Assembly (NCBI GenBank): GCA_000025185.1
Contig: CP001848.1
Coordinates: 3,030,001-3,062,000, forward strand
Direction: 5' to 3'
DNA length: 32,000 nt
Origin: Pirellula staleyi DSM 6068
Lineage (GTDB): Bacteria > Planctomycetota > Planctomycetia > Pirellulales > Pirellulaceae
Shown: positions 9,601 through 17,177 of the stretch, piece by piece
Layout of the letters: every line of letters starts with the position of its first letter
How positions within the stretch are numbered: position 1 is the first letter of the stretch
Notes under the pieces: model-generated
Seen by the model: only the letters and a program-made list of their open reading frames with translations
Database searches by the model: none
Told to the model about the DNA's origin: nothing
Made by a program: the position numbers and the translations under genes

Positions 9601-11428
9601 CGACGTGCGGCACTTTTGCGAGCAAGTCCGCTTGGGCTAATTGCGTTAGTCCGGTGAACTCGCGCAGTTCGATGCGCTGGATCGTGATTCCTGTTTTGGG
9701 CGTTTTTTGAGGGATTTCGAGCCCAATCGACATCACTTCGCCGGGCTGATTTTCGTGCGGCACATCGACCGTGGCCCACGACTTTCCATCGGCGCTCAGC
9801 GACCAGCGGACACTGCCGCAACCGTAGTTCAGTTTCACAAAGCAGGCGGTTTGCGTCGCGGCGAGTGGCCGTTCGGTGTAGGGATAGAAATCGGCTTCCC
9901 ATTCGGTTTCCCAGCCCCGAAGTCGCGCGACGAGTGGGCAATCGCCACGCTTGTTTTTGAGGAAGCGGAGAACTTCGTGCGACTTGCCGTCGGCGCGACC
10001 GAGAAAAACGCCGGTCCCGGGACCAATGTCGGCCAGCTGGAGCACCACTTCACCAAGCACAGGCCGAGGCAAGAGAGCGACATAGTTCAAGCGTCGTTCG
10101 GGGTTGTCGGCCGAGAGACGAATGCCTCCGCCTGCCACCGGCTGAGGCATGAACTTAGCAGCCCACTCGAGGTCTTCCTGCGAGGGTGTTTTGCTGGGGT
10201 TCGCAAACTGCCAAGTGAGTTCGGCCGGCTTCTCGATCGCAAGTGCCACCGGTGCTGAGTGGAGTGGTCGTGGGTCTCCCTCGGTCCGGACCAACTCGAT
10301 CCCATGAAAGGCTACGCGTCCATCGAAATAGACGTCGTCGGGAGCTGTTGGCAGCGGAGCGGTGATGAGCTGCACATCGCCGCGCGAGAGAATGATTTGT
10401 CCGTTTCGATAGCGGAGCTCGATCGGACCACCGTGCCGAATTTCGCTCCGTCGATTTCGCTCGTCGTCGGTCGAAGTGAGGGTGAACGATTGGCTTTTGG
10501 GACGCGGCTTATTGCCGTCGCGGGTGTGGGTGTAAGCAGCCCATTTGTAGCTTTGATCTTCGTAGTAGTAGAGCGTTACGCCCGACGATCCGCTGTAGCA
10601 GTGGATCTGCAGCTGATTGTAGTTTTCGAGCGACAGCCGCAGCGCCGAATCGTTGGTCCAGGGGGACAGCAGGCGAGCAATTCCCTCGAGCTGTGCACAC
10701 TTGCCGCGCTGCGTGTTGGTGTCGGCGATGCGGTGATTCATGCCGGGAACGGCAGCAAACCAGGGGCGCACATCGGCTGTCAGCGGCAATTTCTTCTCGG
10801 TGTCGAATTGACGAAACGCCACTTCCGACAGGGGTGGCAGCGGTCCCTGCGCATCGATCACCGCCTGCCACGGCAGGGGTGGTGGAGCGGGTTTCACCGG
10901 CTCACTCGTAGCAGCTGGTGCCGGATTGCCAGGAGCGTTTTCAGCACGCGGAGGTGTTGGGCCACTCGGCTGGCCTGAAGCTGGCTGGCTCGCTGGATCT
11001 TCTGCATCGCTTGACGATGCTGCCGCTGTTTTGTCGTCAGCCGTTTCTGGCTGGTCGGCGTCTGATTCGTTGGTCTCTTTCGCGGGATCATCAGCTGAAT
11101 CGACCGAGGCGATGCTCGGCGCGATGACGTTCCACAGAATGGCCCCCGAGAGCCCGACGATCGGAATCACCAACAGCAGCGCGATCAGCACCACGCGCGA
11201 GTTGCCTTGCGCGAGCGACGGCTGTCGCGCCAAGATTTGCTCGGGAGTGAGCTTGGTGGAGCGCGCCAAAACGACGGAGAGCTTCGTGTCGACTTCCAGT
11301 TGAGCGGCGAGTGCTTCGCGGATCGCGGGGGAAGTTTCGAGGCGAGAACGTAGGAGTTCGATCTCTTCGAGCGTCAACTCTTCAGGAGCTTTTTGCTCGA
11401 CGAGAGCGAGCAATTGCTCGTCGGTCAT
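6683..11428 (-). CDS. giant single-pass anti-sigma-factor-like protein with a PQQ/BamB-like beta-propeller ectodomain
   Basis: 1581-aa ORF whose ATG overlaps the stop of the upstream ECF sigma gene (ATGA, 11425-11428). The N-terminal ~75 aa are helical and anti-sigma-like (LTLEEIELLRSRLETSPAIREALAAQLEVD). One TM at aa ~78-103 (VVLIALLLVIPIVGLSGAILWNVIA). An acidic/Pro-rich linker spans aa ~105-188. Six repeats with the [AV]xDxxxGxxxW PQQ-like signature lie in aa ~1055-1420 (nt ~7169-8266): AAYDLSNNGTRLW, CCYEKSSGKLLW, VAFDPRGQVRW, LAVDRKTGRLRW, TALDPATGRSVW, IWIDAATGLP. Confidence 0.85.
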   Translation of the reverse strand: MTDEQLLALVEQKAPEELTLEEIELLRSRLETSPAIREALAAQLEVDTKLSVVLARSTKLTPEQILARQPSLAQGNSRVVLIALLLVIPIVGLSGAILWNVIAPSIASVDSADDPAKETNESDADQPETADDKTAAASSSDAEDPASQPASGQPSGPTPPRAENAPGNPAPAATSEPVKPAPPPLPWQAVIDAQGPLPPLSEVAFRQFDTEKKLPLTADVRPWFAAVPGMNHRIADTNTQRGKCAQLEGIARLLSPWTNDSALRLSLENYNQLQIHCYSGSSGVTLYYYEDQSYKWAAYTHTRDGNKPRPKSQSFTLTSTDDERNRRSEIRHGGPIELRYRNGQIILSRGDVQLITAPLPTAPDDVYFDGRVAFHGIELVRTEGDPRPLHSAPVALAIEKPAELTWQFANPSKTPSQEDLEWAAKFMPQPVAGGGIRLSADNPERRLNYVALLPRPVLGEVVLQLADIGPGTGVFLGRADGKSHEVLRFLKNKRGDCPLVARLRGWETEWEADFYPYTERPLAATQTACFVKLNYGCGSVRWSLSADGKSWATVDVPHENQPGEVMSIGLEIPQKTPKTGITIQRIELREFTGLTQLAQADLLAKVPHVGDLTTYAQWQAALLASQPREVPLDAWRRTFAVATLAQGLTSKVSFPVLEGLLDDPLLATLPLEKQIAALSDAALMTSDFRNNQSMRRSVPQRFIDLAMREISRTGVQSFSEIRRASLSYSVNSWQQQEFDPSDLFRALLCHAVYEGNPADILMLSQQLRFYHTAERAPLLDWAESIALRSRVDASGEGLTRLKDGWRHPLIEQLSKDTYSRLTEIQSVIESEAWNDAARMITSIDPESAPGVAPYFGDRSLLASLPVAIDLMLADHPPLREALATQFAPLAKLRLAQATLSGNAPLVELAAVQFSGTDSAAEAHQWLGDRALASGWFERARLEYEQARARNPALAAELAPRIRLAAAMLGVEAEAPVTADVRFGDISMSASNYETMIREMIARGDRGLTAVAAPVTDVPAPTSYTLKTQARLDGPAGERPNEEQGSRTNQNKVPWVDLQIEQVLDGNILYVSNRFQLAAYDLSNNGTRLWQSQAPPGSMQAAQKLTGIPFRPVVTSDRIFIRMHYGDSPQLCCYEKSSGKLLWNTASPDRQRFISDPILLQGRLGVMGLSPLEQDEAVVTWQLVDWASGQIQSTHEIVRLRSIWLARQQCDVAADLDQAIASLGGIVVAFDPRGQVRWMRKQTTMPPEEDSSWVRQRFQPPLVVGDTAYIAQAGVRELLAVDRKTGRLRWSRVLPSLVGITGIAAGQLIAEESTGLTALDPATGRSVWTYDAPHMHPRVMLGAKSLLIATRYPLKENEKPRASRLIWIDAATGLPTQSAKLEGLDDDEPRIGLMQLRGDRIWLWFGKSQHDTTRDLVELTPSGPALPVVVLDPSTRAWQQRLAPELREATALLASPFQLLEAQAGDRTGLLAEAHGKSQVVSLRGDTNNPILWSMPAAKLTGGKKLRLEAARDNGWEGKITLRCGDRVLQETVITDAAFPDRWVNLTADLSPAQASTDWITLELLQTGGGASPWYFKTLAVE

Positions 11429-12171
11429 GCGGCACCACCACGTTTCGTATCAAGACAATGCTTGAGCGCTTGCCGCGCTCGATGGACCAAAAGTTTCACA
11501 GCCCCTTCGCTCCGTTTCAGGTACTCGGCGATCTTGGCCATGCGCAGCTGTGCGCCATAGCGAAGTTCGATCGCCTGCCGAGCACTGGGGCCCAGCGAAC
11601 TGATGCAGGCGGGCAAATGCTGCATCGATTCATCGTCGTGATCAGCCACCGAGACACGGAGTTCGTCGATCTCGAGGCAGAGCTCGGTCCAGGCGACTTC
11701 TTTGCGGCGCTGGCGCTTGCGTACATGCTCGCGGAGCACGTTCCGCGCGATGCCGATCAGCCAACTTCCCACCGCCGAAGCTCGATCAAGCCGCTCGCGC
11801 CCCAGATAGCAGCGTAGGAAAACTTCCTGGCTCAAATCTTCAGCGTCGGAGTGTTCGGTGAGCCGTGCTCGCAAGAATCCGAGCACCGTTTGCTGATAGA
11901 GCTCAATCAGGACCGAGAAAGCTTTTTTGTCCCCCCGCTGTACTGCTTGCACCAGCGCGTGATGCCCCGAGACTTCGTAGGCCTCGCCGCGACGCTGCGT
12001 CGCTTCCCCCGACGCTGCCAAATCGCGCACGACCGACAGGTCGCGAGCCATCTCGAGGGCAGCGGAGGTGGGACGAGACGTTTTCACGCGATCTTCACTT
12101 CCAGGAGCGGTGGGGGCAGGGGGCTCGCAAGGCGGAGGGCGGTCGGATTTCGATGACTCATCTTGCTGCAT
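11425..12171 (-). CDS. ECF-type RNA polymerase sigma-70 family factor
   Basis: Sigma-2 region (LVQAVQRGDKKAFSVLIELYQQTVLGFLRARL...AEDLSQEVFLRCY) and sigma-4 HTH (ARQAIELRYGAQLRMAKIAEYLKRSEGAVKLLVHRARQAL). The start is uncertain. The ORF-track GTG at 12309 is unlikely because codon third positions in 12172-12309 are A/T-rich. ATG 12171 gives ~60% GC3 up to 12052. ATG 12051 (208 aa, ~79% GC3 just downstream) is the conservative alternative. Confidence 0.8.
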   Translation of the reverse strand: MQQDESSKSDRPPPCEPPAPTAPGSEDRVKTSRPTSAALEMARDLSVVRDLAASGEATQRRGEAYEVSGHHALVQAVQRGDKKAFSVLIELYQQTVLGFLRARLTEHSDAEDLSQEVFLRCYLGRERLDRASAVGSWLIGIARNVLREHVRKRQRRKEVAWTELCLEIDELRVSVADHDDESMQHLPACISSLGPSARQAIELRYGAQLRMAKIAEYLKRSEGAVKLLVHRARQALKHCLDTKRGGAA

Positions 12172-12425
12172 CGATCCATGCCAACATCGTAGTCGGTCGC
12201 TCCCACGGTTCGCAACTTTTTCTTCAGCACTTGCATGCAGGTTTGTCGGCGTCGACAAGAGGTTCGACAACGGGGGGCGATCCTCAACAACTGGAACTGC
12301 AGCAACCACTTACGATCGAGCTAGCCGAGCGGCCGAAAGGGGAGGCACGATCGACGTATCAGCAGATGGCTGCGGGGACAAATCGTGTTACGTCAATTTC
12401 CGCACAGTCGCGCGGCAAGCAACCC

Positions 12426-13307
12426 CTAACGTGTTGGTGGCGCTGGTTCTGGACGTTCTTTACAGGGATGCTGAAATGGCAATTTGCCACCCCGCCACGC
12501 TCCCTTGGCTTCGTGCTCGAGCTTGGCATACGCCTCGGCCAGTTCAATCACCGCGTCGTCGCTCCGGTCGACCTGCAGATCGAGCCAAAGTTTGAATTCG
12601 GCTTCGTCCTGCTCGCGCACCTTGTCGACACGGATGCCAGCTGCCAGACGTCCCCGATGATCACCGCCAGCACAGTCCCCTGCGAGGAGCGCGGCCATCA
12701 AACGGTCGGCGAGCGAGCCTTCGGTCGCTTCGTAAGCAGCTGCCATGCCGGCGATCACTTCGCGGCCGGTCAGCGTGTTCCCTTGGCAGCTGTAGAACTT
12801 GCCGGTCTGAGCCCCCCAGTACGAACTTTCCTTCGGCGCAGTATCGGGGTTGTGCACAGCCACTTCCCCCTTCATGTTCACGATCGCCAGTTGCCGAGCT
12901 CCCGGCTGAGGATCGCTCTCGAGCAGTTCGGCGAGCACACGCTCGGGGCGTTTTCCTTCCTTGAGCATCGCCAAGGCCGGCTCGCCCCATTTGGGAACGT
13001 GATAGTGCTGCGTGCAGAACGCGCCGATCCCCGCTTTGACATACGGAACGACGCGCCCCACGGAAGGGTACATGCTCGCGACTGCAGCCCCCACTTCGCC
13101 ATGCTCGGGATCGCAGGCGACGATTGAAAACGTAGCGACAATCTCGCGGCGCTCGCGCTGCTGTGCTAGTTCGTCGCGCGCGATGCTCGAAAGATCGTCT
13201 CCCCAGCTAGGAGCGAGCGCTGCGGGACTTAGTGAAGAGAGGCCGAGAGCCGAGCCGGTAAGAAGTGCTCGCGAGAGCAACGATCGGCGATGAATTTTGG
13301 TGTTCAT
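12426..13307 (-). CDS. Tat-exported DUF1028 family (Ntn-hydrolase-fold) protein
   Basis: 293-aa ORF. Twin-arginine signal (MNTKIHRRSLLSRALLTGSALGLSSLSPAALA). After a ~35-aa spacer comes the DUF1028 hallmark TFSIVACDPEHGEVGAAVAS, the nucleophile-proximal motif of this family. Confidence 0.85.
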   Translation of the reverse strand: MNTKIHRRSLLSRALLTGSALGLSSLSPAALAPSWGDDLSSIARDELAQQRERREIVATFSIVACDPEHGEVGAAVASMYPSVGRVVPYVKAGIGAFCTQHYHVPKWGEPALAMLKEGKRPERVLAELLESDPQPGARQLAIVNMKGEVAVHNPDTAPKESSYWGAQTGKFYSCQGNTLTGREVIAGMAAAYEATEGSLADRLMAALLAGDCAGGDHRGRLAAGIRVDKVREQDEAEFKLWLDLQVDRSDDAVIELAEAYAKLEHEAKGAWRGGKLPFQHPCKERPEPAPPTR

Positions 13308-13389
13308 CGCCGTAGTGTGGCGTTAGCATCGGGCGAGTGCAATCAAAATTTCGCCGCACTCGCACACGCACCATAGCGGCCAGAATGAT

Positions 13390-14445
13390 CTACTGGCCGA
13401 CGAGCGTAATTGGAATCGGGCTGTCGAACCCATGTCCCAGCACCGAGTCGTTCGGATCGGTACCAGCAGCTACAGCACCTTGATGATTGTGGAACGGATC
13501 ATCGGGAAGCGAATCACAATCGTGGCACGAGATGAAAGCGATGTGGCCATCCTCGTAGAGCACGTTTTGACCACGTCCGCCATGATTGCTCGAGCGGCGT
13601 CCAGGCTGCGAATCGCAAGGAGCATCGCCGAGCAAAGCGTAGTTGGTGCGGCGAGCATTGGCAGGAGCAAACAGGCTGCCGTTCATCAGGTGTCCCATCG
13701 CGTAGCCAAAGCTGCCACCCATCCGCTCGCGAAGTTTTTGCAGCGACGATTTGTCGGCACGATCGATTTCATCGAGTGTCGGGATGGCAAACGAACTCAC
13801 ATCATTAGCTAGTTTCGACGAAGGACAGAGGAGCAAGCGGGGATCGCTCACCAACTCGCTAGAAACGAGCATCGGGCCATAAATGCCGGGGGACGATCGA
13901 TTTCCGGTCTGCGAAATCTGCGGGAAACGATGATCGGGATCGTGGTCGCTATATTCCTGCAGCGCGAACCCGAGTTGACGCAAATGATTTTGGCAAACGG
14001 CCAGCTCGGATTGAAAGCGGCTGTGAGCGATGGCTGGGAAGAACAGCACCAGGGCCGCCACACTCACGCTAATGCCCATCAGCACGTCGGAGAGCGAATA
14101 CCAAGTGCGCGAGGAATAGCTGGCCGGACTGATTTCCGACAGGTGAGGCTGATCCTGAAAATCGACAGCCGTCGCGAGCCTTGCCTGCGCCACCGACACC
14201 AGTGGCGAGACTTCCTCGACCGGTGTGGCCAGCACGAAATCGAGCGTGCGTGAGGCGAGGTCGGCGGGTGGTTCGTGATAGAGCGGGGCATCGCATAGCC
14301 CCACAATGTCGAGCTTGTCGCGCAAGCGCATCAGCTCTTCGGCAAGCCGTGGGTCGGCTGCCAGTTGTTGTTCGACTTGCTCAATTTCCGTGCGCTCAAG
14401 CGCTCCGAGCAAGTAGCCAAGCAAATGTTCGCGGCTGGTACTCAT
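13390..14445 (-). CDS. anti-sigma factor fused to a pilin-like DUF1559 (H-X9-DG type) extracytoplasmic domain
   Basis: I place the start at ATG 14445-14443 (MSTSREHLLGYLLGALE...), giving an ATGA overlap with the sigma gene stop at 14442-14444. The ORF-track start 14472 would overlap the sigma gene by 31 nt. Cys/His-less ZAS-like N-terminus, then one TM (VLMGISVSVAALVLFFPAIA). Next come a DUF1559-type helix (FQSELAVCQNHLRQLGFALQEYSD..RFP) and a C-terminal box NHGGRGQNVLYEDGHIAFIS. Confidence 0.85.
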   Translation of the reverse strand: MSTSREHLLGYLLGALERTEIEQVEQQLAADPRLAEELMRLRDKLDIVGLCDAPLYHEPPADLASRTLDFVLATPVEEVSPLVSVAQARLATAVDFQDQPHLSEISPASYSSRTWYSLSDVLMGISVSVAALVLFFPAIAHSRFQSELAVCQNHLRQLGFALQEYSDHDPDHRFPQISQTGNRSSPGIYGPMLVSSELVSDPRLLLCPSSKLANDVSSFAIPTLDEIDRADKSSLQKLRERMGGSFGYAMGHLMNGSLFAPANARRTNYALLGDAPCDSQPGRRSSNHGGRGQNVLYEDGHIAFISCHDCDSLPDDPFHNHQGAVAAGTDPNDSVLGHGFDSPIPITLVGQ

Positions 14446-15086
14446 GGGCTTTCGGGGTGGGAGTGATTCCACATCTCGGTGAGCTTCAGCACGGCAGCAT
14501 GCACACGGCTTTTCACGGTTCCTACGGGGATCCCCAGCACGTCGGCAGCTTCGCGATACTTCAGCTCTTGGAAATAAACCAGGTCGATCACTTGCCTGAG
14601 TCCTTCAGGTAGTTGCTCAACCGCATCACTAATCCAAGTACGTCGTTCTTCCGAATTGAGTTGGGCAGTCGGATTCGGTTCGCTGCTGACCAAGAGGTCC
14701 ATCAGCGTGCCGAGATCGTCACCACCCGTCGAACTCGTTCGGTCGAGACTCACCATCCGATGGCGTTTGCTCCTTCGCTGTGCATCAATCGCCTGGTTGG
14801 TGGCAATGGTGTAGAGCCAAGGACGAAACGAGCGATCAGCTTCGAATTGTCCGCACTTCAAGTGCACTTGCAGAAATGCAGCTTGAAAGGCGTCTTCGGC
14901 CAGTTCGGCGTCCTGCAAGTACCGCCGCAAGTAGCTGTAGAGTTCCCGTTGATAGCGGCCTACGAGTTCCGAGAAGTAATCTCGGTGACGCGTGTCGCGA
15001 TAACGGGTGAGCAGCTGCTCGTCAGTCAGTGACGACAGGTTAACACCAGTGTTCTGGGAAGCGATCTCTGGGAAGGTGGCTTTCAT
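14442..15086 (-). CDS. ECF-type RNA polymerase sigma-70 family factor
   Basis: 214-aa ORF. Sigma-2 (FSELVGRYQRELYSYLRRYL...AEDAFQAAFLQVHLK...FRPWLYTIATNQAIDAQRR) and sigma-4 (LPEGLRQVIDLVYFQELKYREAADVLGIPVGTVKSRVHAAVLKL). Confidence 0.9.
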   Translation of the reverse strand: MKATFPEIASQNTGVNLSSLTDEQLLTRYRDTRHRDYFSELVGRYQRELYSYLRRYLQDAELAEDAFQAAFLQVHLKCGQFEADRSFRPWLYTIATNQAIDAQRRSKRHRMVSLDRTSSTGGDDLGTLMDLLVSSEPNPTAQLNSEERRTWISDAVEQLPEGLRQVIDLVYFQELKYREAADVLGIPVGTVKSRVHAAVLKLTEMWNHSHPESP

Positions 15087-15278
15087 CGTTTGTTACGAAC
15101 CGCTGGGAGATTTAGTTCGCATCTTTCGTGAAGTGTTCCCTCGGGCGAGGCCGCGATACAACCAATAGCGACGTTTCGGCGAATGGCCGAATTCTAGCAA
15201 TCGAGGTCAGGAAAGTCTGCAGTCGAATCGACTGACCGACAAACCTCGATTGTTTCCCTCGCTACTGGAACGGCCGAT

Positions 15279-15307
15279 TTGACAGCCGCCAGAGGGCGTC
15301 TTACACT
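15279..15307 (+). promoter_or_regulatory. candidate sigma-70-type promoter for the permease gene
   Basis: TTGACA (15279-15284), 17-nt spacer, TACACT (15302-15307), ending 27 nt upstream of the GTG start at 15334. Sequence match only. Planctomycete promoter rules are poorly defined. Confidence 0.3.
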
Positions 15308-15333
15308 CACGCCACCAACTAGAAGCAAGCCCC

Positions 15334-17040
15334 GTGCCTGAAAGCTCGCGCGTGCCGAAAACAGACTACCAGTGGGCCACCAAAGGCGATGTTAACGCGT
15401 TCTTTGGCTTGATGTTAGATAATGTCGCAAATTTGCTATTGACGGTAAGTCTGCTTTCAGGAGTGTTCGGTTTTCCTGAAAGAATTGCACTTCGCTACAT
15501 GATCCCGGGTACCGCTATCGGGGTACTTGTCGGCGATCTTCTCTTCTTCTGGCTGGCCTTCCGTTTGGCCCGAAAAACCGGCAGTAAGTCCATTACTGCC
15601 ATGCCTTTAGGTCTCGATACACCCAGCACCCTCGGCATGATTTTCTTTGTCCTGGGGCCCGCCTTCCTCGAGGCTCAGAAAACCCTAAGTGTTGACGAAG
15701 CTGCACTTTACACCTGGCGACTCGGGATTTGTGCCATTTTTACCAGTGGGTTGTTCAAACTTGCATGTGCCCTCGGCAGCAACTGGATTCGCCGGGTCAT
15801 CCCCCGGGCGGGGCTGCTCGGCTCCCTCACCGCCATCGCTTTGGTCCTGATTAGTTTTCTTCCGCTGCTCGAAATCCTCCACATGCCGATTGTCGGCTTT
15901 GTGTCGCTAGCAGTCGTCCTGACGACACTTGTCGCGCGGGTCGAATTGCCTTTCAAGCTCCCCGGAGCGTTCGGCTCGCTCCTGATCGGGGGCATTCTTT
16001 ACTACGCGCTGCGCTATGCCGAAGGTTCGGGAATTTTGCCCGCTCCTTTGCATCTTCCGGCCGAAGGGACCCCGATTAACCCGGCCCTGGGGCTCCTGCC
16101 GTACGAATGGATGAGCGTCTTTTCGTTCCAGTGGCTCACCGCGTTCAACGACTCGATCAACTACTTGCCGATCGTCATCCCCTTTGCGCTCGCCACGGTC
16201 GTCGGCGGGATCGACTGCGCTGAAAGTGCCGCCACGGTCGGCGACGACTACGACACCCGCGAAGTGATCGGCGTCGAAGCGCTCGCCACCATCGCAGCCG
16301 CTCTTTGCGGCGGTGTGATTCAGTCGACCCCCTACATCGGCCATCCCGCCTACAAAGCGATGGGAGGTCGCGCCGCCTATGTTTTAGCGACTGCCATTTT
16401 TGTTGGAGCTGCTGGACTCTTAGGTTTCTTTGGCTATCTCTACGTCGTGATCCCCAAAGTGACTGTCTTTCCGATCCTCATTTTCATCGGTCTCGAGATC
16501 ACCGCCCAAAGCTTCCTGGCGACTCCCAAACGGCACTACGCCGCCCTGGCCATCGCGTGTGTCCCGGCGCTAGCGCAACTCGGACTGATTTTTCTCGACA
16601 AAACCTTTGGCGACGGCCTGATGTTCGAGAACAAGATTTCCGTCGACAGCCTCAAAACCCCGGGACTCGCCGAAGAGATCACCACCCTGCGGATTCTCGC
16701 CAACGGCTTTATTCTCACTAGCCTGTTTTGGTCGAGCGGCTTAGCGATGATCATCGACCGACGGCTCGGCGTCGCGGCTCTGTTTTTCCTAGCTTCGGGG
16801 GTCTGTACCCTGTTTGGCATCGTCCATAGCCCGCAGCCCGGCAGCCCGATGTTCTTCCCCTGGGATCTCACTCCCGAATTGGCCCGCCCCGTTTTTCAGT
16901 ACGCGACGGGCTATTTCCTCGTCGCTGCTATGCTCGGCCTCTGGCAGCTGTACCTCAATTTCCAAGGGATCGAGCCGCTCGAAGGGGATGAAGATCCGCA
17001 CGCTCTCGCTCCCCCTTCGCCAACAGCCGACTTGTCGTAA
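15334..17040 (+). CDS. polytopic permease, NCS2/AzgA-like (xanthine/uracil permease superfamily) candidate
   Basis: 568-aa ORF with a GTG start and roughly 13 hydrophobic segments along its length. N-terminal pattern ATKGDVNAFFGLMLDNVANLLL...AMPLGLDTPS and overall size resemble AGZA/AzgA-type purine permeases. Family assignment is by recollection, not by search. Confidence 0.8.
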   Translation: MPESSRVPKTDYQWATKGDVNAFFGLMLDNVANLLLTVSLLSGVFGFPERIALRYMIPGTAIGVLVGDLLFFWLAFRLARKTGSKSITAMPLGLDTPSTLGMIFFVLGPAFLEAQKTLSVDEAALYTWRLGICAIFTSGLFKLACALGSNWIRRVIPRAGLLGSLTAIALVLISFLPLLEILHMPIVGFVSLAVVLTTLVARVELPFKLPGAFGSLLIGGILYYALRYAEGSGILPAPLHLPAEGTPINPALGLLPYEWMSVFSFQWLTAFNDSINYLPIVIPFALATVVGGIDCAESAATVGDDYDTREVIGVEALATIAAALCGGVIQSTPYIGHPAYKAMGGRAAYVLATAIFVGAAGLLGFFGYLYVVIPKVTVFPILIFIGLEITAQSFLATPKRHYAALAIACVPALAQLGLIFLDKTFGDGLMFENKISVDSLKTPGLAEEITTLRILANGFILTSLFWSSGLAMIIDRRLGVAALFFLASGVCTLFGIVHSPQPGSPMFFPWDLTPELARPVFQYATGYFLVAAMLGLWQLYLNFQGIEPLEGDEDPHALAPPSPTADLS

Positions 17041-17177
17041 TTGTCCGTCGCGCGATCCAAACCAGTGACACCCTGTACTGGCTCGCACGGCAAACGACCA
17101 CTCCACTTTCACGCGCCCCCTTGGTAGGTTCACTAGGCACACTCTCTCCTCACTCTCGTGCCTCGGAGTCAGCCTCG

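Noticed and set aside
12172-12309. GTG 12309 as the start of the first ECF sigma factor (294-aa version)
   Set aside because: Codon third positions in this stretch are mostly A/T (GTT GCT GCA GTT CCA GTT GTT ... GAA GAA AAA GTT), unlike genuine coding sequence in this window. ATG 12171 or 12051 is more plausible.
11865-13127. 420-aa + strand ORF spanning the ECF sigma 5' region and the DUF1028 gene
   Set aside because: It crosses an intergenic region and runs antisense to two genes with clear family motifs. It has no motifs of its own.
13333-13363. Hairpin GCGAGTGC-15 nt-GCACTCGC between the anti-sigma stop and the DUF1028 start
   Set aside because: The stem is only 8 bp, the loop is large, and no U-tract follows on the transcribed (minus) strand. 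That is too weak to call a terminator, and it would argue against co-transcription without evidence.
14446-14472. ORF-track start 14472 for the anti-sigma::DUF1559 gene
   Set aside because: It would overlap the sigma gene by 31 nt. The in-frame ATG at 14445 gives the same ATGA coupling seen at four other junctions in the window.
15087-15139. ECF-type autoregulatory promoters upstream of both sigma genes (minus-strand GGGAACAC at 15140-15133 followed by CGAAC; GCGAACC-N17-CGAT near 12180-12215)
   Set aside because: GGAAC/GAACC words exist, but spacing to a CGT-like -10 differs between the two loci (15 vs 18 nt) and matches no consensus convincingly. I did not call them as features.
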